Below, piece after piece: positions 57,808 through 64,000 of a stretch of 64,000 bases of DNA. The translations under genes were made by a program, and so were the position numbers. Every line of letters begins with the position of its first letter. The stretch's first letter is position 1. This DNA is from an uncultured Gammaproteobacteria bacterium (GTDB taxonomy: Bacteria; Patescibacteriota; Microgenomatia; Levybacterales; GWA1-39-11). The stretch is taken from assembly GCA_964406795.1 (NCBI GenBank), contig CAYOTA010000003.1, forward strand, positions 49,252-113,251, given 5' to 3'. Under the pieces are notes generated by a model that was given only the letters and a program-made list of their open reading frames with translations, was not told where the DNA came from and did no database searches.

Positions 57808-58485
57808 ATGGATGCTGTTTTACTATCTTTTGCCTTTCTTGCAGGATTGCAAGCTTTTTTTGCACCTTGCAGTATCGCTTTAATTCCTGCCTATGTTGGG
57901 TATTATGTTAGCGAAGAAAATCAGCCAGTAGGTCACGCGCAGCAGTTATTTTACGGTTTGAAAGCAGGCAGTATTGCAAGCTTGGGTTTAATTAGTATTT
58001 ATGCTATTTTTGGCGTTATTCTTGCACTTTTAGGAAGGCTTATTGCTCCTTTTATGTCGTGGATTGAGCTTTCAACCGGAGGATTGTTACTATTTTTAGG
58101 GGTTGCGACGCTTTTGGGATATGAATTTGCGCTGCGGCCTCCTGTTGCTATCAACAGTCGTGCGAAAGGAGCAGGACGCTTCTATTTTTTTGGTATCGCT
58201 TATGCGCTTGGAGCAATCGGTTGTACATTACCTATATTTCTTTTAGTCATCTTTCAAGCGCTTGCGCAAAAGGGCATGCTGGGAGGATTTGCAAATTTTC
58301 TTGCATATAGTGTAGCGATGGTGAGTCTCATGATTCTTTTTTCACTTATTGCCGCAGTTTCAAAAACTGCTATTTCACGCTTTTTAAAACGATACATGCT
58401 AGTAATTCAAAAAAGTGCAGGGATACTCGTGCTTCTTGCTGGTGTATACATGGTATATCTTGCATTAAAAGTAATCACAATATGA
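57808..58485 (+). CDS. ccdA: Cytochrome c biogenesis/thiol-disulfide transporter CcdA (DsbD family)
   Basis: Six TM helices with the two conserved Cys (FAPCSIAL and AIGCTLPIF). Confidence 0.8.
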   Translation: MDAVLLSFAFLAGLQAFFAPCSIALIPAYVGYYVSEENQPVGHAQQLFYGLKAGSIASLGLISIYAIFGVILALLGRLIAPFMSWIELSTGGLLLFLGVATLLGYEFALRPPVAINSRAKGAGRFYFFGIAYALGAIGCTLPIFLLVIFQALAQKGMLGGFANFLAYSVAMVSLMILFSLIAAVSKTAISRFLKRYMLVIQKSAGILVLLAGVYMVYLALKVITI

Positions 58486-59009
58486 AACTTCCAAAAATAG
58501 AATGGACAAATAGTCCATTATTTAAAAAAACGCCATTGCTTCTTGTTATTGGCGTTGTTTTGTTTGTTGGGTTTAATGTCTATCTTTACCTCAAAATTCA
58601 AAAAGCATCAAGTGATATAGTGCAAATGCAAGCTACTGTCACAAAACCAGCACGGAAAGTTTCTACGGAATTTTCAAAAAAGATTCAGCTTGGTGAGAAA
58701 CAATGTCCGTACCAAAAAGCAGGTAATCCCAATGCACCTTTAAAATTCAAACTATTTGAGTCAGAAACATGCCCCTATTGTATCGCGCAAAATAAAGTGA
58801 TGGATGAAATCTTACCGGAATATGGTGATCTCATGTACATTGAGTGGTATGAAGTAATCGAATGCGAAAAAGAATCTGAGCAGTATAAAATCTCCGGTGT
58901 GCCTACTTTTGTCTTTACTGCTCAGGGAATTGAAAAACCACCTGCATATGGATTTTTAGATAAGCAGCAAATAGTTGATTATATTTGTAGGGTTTCAGGA
59001 GAATGCTAG
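58482..59009 (+). CDS. Membrane-anchored thioredoxin-like protein (CPYC)
   Basis: N-terminal TM helix, ETCPYCIAQ active site and downstream VPTFVF cis-Pro region. Confidence 0.6.
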   Translation: MKLPKIEWTNSPLFKKTPLLLVIGVVLFVGFNVYLYLKIQKASSDIVQMQATVTKPARKVSTEFSKKIQLGEKQCPYQKAGNPNAPLKFKLFESETCPYCIAQNKVMDEILPEYGDLMYIEWYEVIECEKESEQYKISGVPTFVFTAQGIEKPPAYGFLDKQQIVDYICRVSGEC

Positions 59010-59303
59010 ACATTTTGTATTTTAGATAGTTCTACGAAGTGTTGTAGCTTCAATTACATGCACGAAAAACCAAATTAAAAAAACGTCATCAAAAGCCTTA
59101 TCACACTTGATCTTATACCGAAAATGATTGTAATATGCTATCTCAGCATTTTTAATAGGGTCGCTATATACTAAAGTGTAATATCTTGAAAAAGTGGAGG
59201 CAACACAGTTGTCACCAAACTGTTAAGCTGACTGCTACCGCTGGAATAACAACCCGCAAGCTTTATTAAACCATGTGAGCACAAATTACGGTATAATATA
59301 GGT

Positions 59304-59951
59304 ATGAATACCTCGGTAAAAAATAAGGTAGAGGAGTTTTTTTCTCAATTCACCCTACAAGAATACATAAAAAACCAAATTATCATCTCTCCTGAGGAAA
59401 ATATACAATCTATTTATTTTCTTAAAAAAGGTTTGGTGCGGATGTATATTATTTCAGAAGATGGTGTAGAGGCAACCATTCATGTCTTTCGCCAAGGTTC
59501 TTTTTTCCCAATTATGCTTTCGTTAAGGAGTAGACCAAATAAATACTATTTTGAGGCAATGAAAGAAGTCGAGACAGTGAAGGCTCCGGCAGACAAGGTG
59601 ATCGCTTTTATTAAAACTGACCCGGAAGTATTATTTGATTTAACAACACGCTTCGCAGATGCAATTAATGGGCTAATGAATCGGATAGAACAATTAGTCT
59701 CACAAGGCGCGTATTCCAAAATTGCGTCACTGCTTTTATACTACGCTGATACATTCGGTCAAAAAAAAGGAAATATGTATTATTTTGAACTTCCATTTAG
59801 TCATGACCAGATTGGTACATGGGTGGGAACAACCCGCGAAACTGTCAGCAGACAGATGGAAATACTAGAGAAAAAAAGGATCATTACTCATAAAAATCAC
59901 AAAATTATTATAAACAATCTTGTAAGACTTAGGGATGAGGTCACAAAATAA
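59304..59951 (+). CDS. Crp/Fnr family transcriptional regulator
   Basis: cNMP-binding-like beta-roll plus C-terminal HTH (TRETVSRQMEILEKKRII). Confidence 0.75.
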   Translation: MNTSVKNKVEEFFSQFTLQEYIKNQIIISPEENIQSIYFLKKGLVRMYIISEDGVEATIHVFRQGSFFPIMLSLRSRPNKYYFEAMKEVETVKAPADKVIAFIKTDPEVLFDLTTRFADAINGLMNRIEQLVSQGAYSKIASLLLYYADTFGQKKGNMYYFELPFSHDQIGTWVGTTRETVSRQMEILEKKRIITHKNHKIIINNLVRLRDEVTK

Positions 59952-59961
59952 ACTATCGTTA

Positions 59962-60324
59962 TTAGTCTTTACCTGCCGTTTTGGTAATACATTCCTTTGT
60001 AACAAGTATGCTCTTTTCAGGACTATTTTTGTTTGGTAGGCCTGTAGGTAATATATAACAATTCCATTTTCCCATACCCACACTTAACTCCAAGTATACG
60101 CCGTTTTTAAAAGACTGTTCATTTTTAACTTCATATTTGCGATACTTGCCTGTTATTACATCTTTTGTAAAACTAAATTCACTCTTGGTGATAAAAGTAA
60201 TTTTCCCCTGTCCGTCAGTGAGAAAAAAACGATACACTTTTTCTGATTCTTGCTCATCTCTCAACATGAGAAGTACAGGAGCGCTCGTTAACCAGTGTGT
60301 TCCTCTACTCATAACTGTAATCAT
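59962..60324 (-). CDS. Hypothetical protein
   Basis: 120-aa ORF, no domain recognised. Confidence 0.3.
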   Translation of the reverse strand: MITVMSRGTHWLTSAPVLLMLRDEQESEKVYRFFLTDGQGKITFITKSEFSFTKDVITGKYRKYEVKNEQSFKNGVYLELSVGMGKWNCYILPTGLPNKNSPEKSILVTKECITKTAGKD

Positions 60325-60433
60325 ATATGTAGCCTACTACTATCTCTTTTGTTCTTCCGTGACATTTATCACGGATCTCTTAATATATTCAGAGTAGGAT
60401 AAGAACATATAAGAGAAATGGAGGTGAATAAAT

Positions 60434-60661
60434 ATGCAAAAAGATACAACAATGGAATCATTAGCTGATAAAACAGGAGATAGTTTTGATATAGCATTTG
60501 TCGTGGCTATGACAGATCATCATAATAAAGCTATAGAAATGGCTAAACTTGCAAAAGAAAAAAGCAGCCGTAAAGAAACCCTAGAGCTTTCGGAAAATAT
60601 TATTTCCGCCCAGACAAAAGAAAATGAGCAGATGGAAATATGGAAGTCCGAATGGAAGTAG
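60434..60661 (+). CDS. DUF305 mini-protein (single half-repeat)
   Basis: GGAGGTGA RBS; FDIAFVVAMTDHHNKAIEMAK matches DUF305 His motif; only 75 aa. Confidence 0.5.
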   Translation: MQKDTTMESLADKTGDSFDIAFVVAMTDHHNKAIEMAKLAKEKSSRKETLELSENIISAQTKENEQMEIWKSEWK

Positions 60662-61176
60662 CCAAAGATTTACTTATGGAACAAGAAAAGCAACCCGAAC
60701 ATGACTTTAGTCAAATAAGAAGGAGTATTGTAGTCGTGGCAATGAAACTATTGGTGTTGCTTATTTTATTTGAAGCATTGTATATAACACTCTTTTATTT
60801 TCTGAAAGTCTTTTTTAATCTTCCGCTTGAGTGGCATCACCATTCATCAATCATCTTGCTTGGAATAAATGTAGTTAAAATCATATTGGAATTTTCCTTT
60901 ATTCTTTATTTATTTTTCCAGTGGGCAGGAACAAGTTATTTTATTGCCAAAAAACATATTATCAAACGAGTTGGCATTATGAGTAGCCGGGAAGAGGTTT
61001 TTCATTTTGATAATATTCGCTCGCTTACTGTTAGTCAATCTTTTTTAGGAAAAATATTTAACTATGGAGATATTGAAGTCAAAACTAGCGCTTCAGGTGG
61101 ATACCAAGCAACATTAGTTCTTGTAAGTATAAATGATCCTCATAAGTACGAAGCTCATCTAAAAACACTTTTTTAA
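60640..61176 (+). CDS. YdbS-like membrane protein with bacterial PH (bPH_2) domain
   Basis: Two TM helices then IAKKHIIKRVGIMSSREEVFHFDNIRSLTVSQSFLGKIFNYGDIEVKT. Confidence 0.5.
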   Translation: MEVRMEVAKDLLMEQEKQPEHDFSQIRRSIVVVAMKLLVLLILFEALYITLFYFLKVFFNLPLEWHHHSSIILLGINVVKIILEFSFILYLFFQWAGTSYFIAKKHIIKRVGIMSSREEVFHFDNIRSLTVSQSFLGKIFNYGDIEVKTSASGGYQATLVLVSINDPHKYEAHLKTLF

Positions 61177-61209
61177 TCATTAGTTTTGCTTAGCTGTTTA
61201 CCAATTCCT

Positions 61210-62007
61210 TTATTTTCTTTTTAAAAGTAATGACAAAATAAACATGGTAATAGTAAATAGTACGATTGTTCCTCCGGTTGAAAGATTTAGATAAAAGGAG
61301 GTAACGATTCCAGAAATAACTGAAAAGACTGATATTGCCTCAGCGATAAAGATAGTTTTTTTAAAGCTTGTTTTTAGCTGTAAAGCGGTAACGACAGGAA
61401 TTACAATCAAAGCTGATATAAGTAGAACCCCGACAATAGGGATGGCTAATGATACCGTAAATGCAGCAAGAATGATAAGAAGTATATTTATAGGCTTTGT
61501 TGGGATACCACTCACCCTGGCCGCTTCTTCATCAACGGTTACATAGACGAGTTCTTTATAAAAGACAATAATTGCGGCAATAACAAAAATTCCTAAAGTA
61601 CCAATAATATAGACATCGCTCTGCTTAACAGTTGTAATACTTCCAAAAAGATAGCTAAATAAATTCACACCAAATCCACCCGACAGACTAATAAGTACGA
61701 TTGCTAAGGCCAGGCTTCCAGATAAGAAAATAGACAATGCTGATTCGCCAAATACCTGTTTACTAATCCTCAGTCTTTCAATGGCAATAGAGGATATGAC
61801 AGCTGCAATTATAGCGGTAATTAAGGGATTAATTTTTAGTAATAGCCCAATTGCTATTCCGGCAAGAGAGACGTGGGATAGCGTATCGGCAATCAATGAG
61901 TAACGCCGTAAAACGAGGAAGATACCAATCAGCGGAGCTATAATTGCAATAATTATTCCAGCCTGAAACCCCCTAACCATGAAACCATATTGAAAGAGAT
62001 CTAGCAT
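61210..62007 (-). CDS. znuB: Metal (Zn/Mn) ABC transporter permease
   Basis: ZnuB/MntB-like 8-TM permease. Confidence 0.75.
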   Translation of the reverse strand: MLDLFQYGFMVRGFQAGIIIAIIAPLIGIFLVLRRYSLIADTLSHVSLAGIAIGLLLKINPLITAIIAAVISSIAIERLRISKQVFGESALSIFLSGSLALAIVLISLSGGFGVNLFSYLFGSITTVKQSDVYIIGTLGIFVIAAIIVFYKELVYVTVDEEAARVSGIPTKPINILLIILAAFTVSLAIPIVGVLLISALIVIPVVTALQLKTSFKKTIFIAEAISVFSVISGIVTSFYLNLSTGGTIVLFTITMFILSLLLKRK

Positions 62008-62029
62008 AGTTCGATCTACTCACTACAAG

Positions 62030-62779
62030 TTAGTGGTGGAGTCCTCCTTTTCCGATCAGTTCATGAAAGTATTTCCCTTTTAGGAATTCTTCAGGTTCTC
62101 CATAATATTCAAGCGTACGGTTAATATATCCAAGCTCCGTAGCCTCATGTGCCACGACATCAAGTTCATGTGTTACTAAAACAAGCGTTAGCTCAAGATC
62201 TTTATTAAGTTTTCGTAGAAGAGTATAAAATTGCTTCTGTGTTTTAACATCAACCCCGACGGTTGGTTCATCCAGGAAAATAATTTCTGGTTCTGATGCT
62301 AGGGCTCTGGCAATAAACACACGTTGTTGCTGACCTCCGGATAAATCATGTATCTGCCTGTCTTTGTAATCAATCATATCGACCTGTTTTAATGCTTCAA
62401 GTGTTTTCCTTTTATCCTCTTTTGTCGGAAAACGGAAAAGACCACGTTTCCCATATCTTCCCATTGCTACCATCTCTTCAGCTGTGACTGGAAAGTTCAT
62501 TTCAACATGGGTGTTTTGCGGAACATAGCCAATTCTTGACCACTCTTTGAATTCTTTAATATCTGTACCAAAGAATTTAATTACTCCCCCGTCAGGTCGC
62601 AATAGTCCAAGCATCAACTTGAGCAGCGTTGTCTTGCCTCCACCATTTGGTCCGACAATGCCCACATAATCACCTTTATGGATTTTCAAAGTCACATTTT
62701 TAACAACTTCTTCTGTGGAATAAGAGAAATAAATGTTATTTAGCTCAACGATGGTATGGGTATGAGTTAGTTTTTGCAT
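62030..62779 (-). CDS. znuC: Metal ABC transporter ATP-binding protein
   Basis: Walker A GPNGGGKTT, LSGGQQQR, Walker B IFLDEP. Confidence 0.8.
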   Translation of the reverse strand: MQKLTHTHTIVELNNIYFSYSTEEVVKNVTLKIHKGDYVGIVGPNGGGKTTLLKLMLGLLRPDGGVIKFFGTDIKEFKEWSRIGYVPQNTHVEMNFPVTAEEMVAMGRYGKRGLFRFPTKEDKRKTLEALKQVDMIDYKDRQIHDLSGGQQQRVFIARALASEPEIIFLDEPTVGVDVKTQKQFYTLLRKLNKDLELTLVLVTHELDVVAHEATELGYINRTLEYYGEPEEFLKGKYFHELIGKGGLHH

Positions 62780-63708
62780 TGTAAGGCTGTCTGCAAGTTT
62801 TTCAAATTGCCTTCCATGACTGTGAAGTAATTTTTTCCTTGCTTACTTTCTTCATCTGAAATTCCTTCGATAGGATCAAGTACTAAAGTCTGTGCTCCTA
62901 TTTCCTGCGCTATTGTTTCGGATAATTTAGGGCTTACCAATGTTTCAAAAAAAATGTATTTTACGTTATTTTCTTTGGCAAATTGTGAAACTTGTGCCAG
63001 CTGTTGGCTTGATGGCTCCTGGTCAGGAGATAGTCCTGAAATAGCGACTTGTGTCAACCCGTACTCCTGTGCCAAATATCCAAAGGCAGCATGTGAGGTA
63101 ATAAAGGTTTTACTGGAACAATTAGTTAGTCCGTCTCTAAATTTCTGGTCAAGCTCTTCAAAGCGTTTTCCAAGTATGCTCATATTTGCTTCGTATATTG
63201 TGCTATTCTGGGGATCAATTGCAATAAGAGCGTCTTTTATTATTTCAGCTTCTTTTCTGGCAAGAATGGGGCTAAGCCAGATGTGAGGATCCCGTACCTT
63301 TTCACCTTCATCATCCTGATAGTCAAGTGTTGCCAAATCTTTTGTCATTTCCAGTATTAGGGTTTGTTTGTTTTTGAGATTATCCTTTTGTTTATCTCCC
63401 CACGGATCAAAAGACGCACCGTTGTAAATAAACAGATCACTTTCCTCAACTTGTGCAATTTGCCGTGCTGTAGGCTCGTAGTTATGCGGTTCTGATCCTG
63501 CGGGGATAATGTTAGTTATATTTGCTCTGTCTTTGGCAATCTCACTGGCAAAGTAATAAAGCGGATAAAAAGATGTGCTTACCTGAGGCTTATCAGTGTC
63601 TACCTGAGACGTTTGGGATCTTTTGAAGATGCCAATATTTAAAAGAAAACTTAAGACACCTATAAATATGATTCCTAAAATAAAGAAGAGTAATTTATTA
63701 TTTCTCAT
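62767..63708 (-). CDS. znuA: Metal ABC transporter substrate-binding protein (TroA/ZnuA family)
   Basis: Signal/TM then cluster-9 SBP pattern with His ligands. Confidence 0.75.
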   Translation of the reverse strand: MRNNKLLFFILGIIFIGVLSFLLNIGIFKRSQTSQVDTDKPQVSTSFYPLYYFASEIAKDRANITNIIPAGSEPHNYEPTARQIAQVEESDLFIYNGASFDPWGDKQKDNLKNKQTLILEMTKDLATLDYQDDEGEKVRDPHIWLSPILARKEAEIIKDALIAIDPQNSTIYEANMSILGKRFEELDQKFRDGLTNCSSKTFITSHAAFGYLAQEYGLTQVAISGLSPDQEPSSQQLAQVSQFAKENNVKYIFFETLVSPKLSETIAQEIGAQTLVLDPIEGISDEESKQGKNYFTVMEGNLKNLQTALQCKN

Positions 63709-63711
63709 ATA

Positions 63712-64000
63712 TTAGTTTTGACAATTTGAACAAATTCCAAAAAATTCAAGCGTGTGACTGGTAACTTTAAATTTCTTTTTACTTTCAATATCTTTTTCGA
63801 GTTGGTTAATATTACAATCAGAAATATCTTCTATATTTCCACAGCTCTCACAGACTAAGTGGTGATGATCAGCATTTGAAGAAAGTTCATAGCGAAATTT
63901 TCCTTCCTGAAAATGCACCTTTTTCGTTAATCCTTTTTCTGTAAAAATATTCATGATGCGAAAAGTTGTAACAGGATCAGCATCTATCTCGCGAATTTTA
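63712..64000 (-). CDS. Fur-family metalloregulator (probably Zur), 5' end outside window
   Basis: C-terminal HHHLVC..CG...C..C metal-binding motifs; frame stays open to window edge; directly upstream of znuABC. Confidence 0.6.
   Translation of the reverse strand, partial: KIREIDADPVTTFRIMNIFTEKGLTKKVHFQEGKFRYELSSNADHHHLVCESCGNIEDISDCNINQLEKDIESKKKFKVTSHTLEFFGICSNCQN

Noticed and set aside
1-64000. Searched by eye for tRNA-like sequences (GTTCGAATC/GGTTCGATTCC-type T-arms), rRNA fragments and CRISPR repeat arrays
   Set aside because: No convincing tRNA T-arm/acceptor patterns and no regularly spaced direct repeats were seen; a computational tRNAscan or CRISPR scan would be needed to be sure.
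1-64000. Possibility of an alternative genetic code (UGA recoding as in some CPR lineages)
   Set aside because: Conserved genes (cysS, nudix, aspS and others) end at TGA or TAA at the expected positions and full-length products are obtained with the standard code; prfB (RF2) is present.

Overview
This 64-kb window comes from a low-GC, compact bacterial genome. Small and truncated housekeeping proteins, DUF4446/DUF3048/DUF5679-type genes and several GT-C membrane glycosyltransferases suggest a Patescibacteria/CPR-like or related lineage. That placement is inference from gene content only. The standard genetic code is in use: TGA and TAA terminate well-conserved genes and prfB is present. Most of the window is ordinary core genome. 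It holds the secA 3' end and a minus-strand sugar-modification cassette (HAD, double-SIS isomerase, NodU-type carbamoyltransferase). It also holds prfB, ftsE-ftsX-envC-like M23 peptidase, tsaE-tsaC-mini tsaB, and a nucleotide-sugar/glycosylation locus (rmlA, NUDIX, rmlB, rmlD, ugd, rmd-like, gmd, GT2-GtrA, GT-C). Further along are secDF, cysS, cca, recJ, aspS, a dacA-like carboxypeptidase, gltX, PAP2+dgkA, AI-2E, and several small stress-like proteins. The accessory part is 49.8-59 kb. It begins with an IS481-family insertion sequence, followed by a BlaI/CopY-family repressor and a BlaR1-like M56 protease. A TACA-N3-TGTA operator lies in front of these two genes, and a second one lies in front of a downstream operon of about 12 genes. 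That operon encodes extracytoplasmic thioredoxin-fold proteins (one with three tandem CxxC domains), CcdA, a cupredoxin, Cys/His/Met-rich membrane proteins and two paralogous His-motif proteins. It looks like an IS-adjacent, repressor-controlled envelope thiol-redox and copper-handling island and is the best candidate for an undescribed system. A Crp/Fnr regulator, a DUF305 mini-protein and a zur-znuABC metal-uptake operon follow. Other notable items are listed here. A consensus minus-strand promoter plus intrinsic terminator defines a putative ~110-nt sRNA or leader near 39.1 kb. A 33-bp duplication of the rmlB 5' end flanks a 69-bp GC-rich insert. The FtsEX-associated M23 domain is apparently circularly permuted. 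Two small zinc-ribbon genes fall below the ORF-track size cut-off. No tRNA, rRNA or CRISPR array was recognised by eye. Coordinates I derived myself rather than from the ORF track may be off by 1-2 nt.
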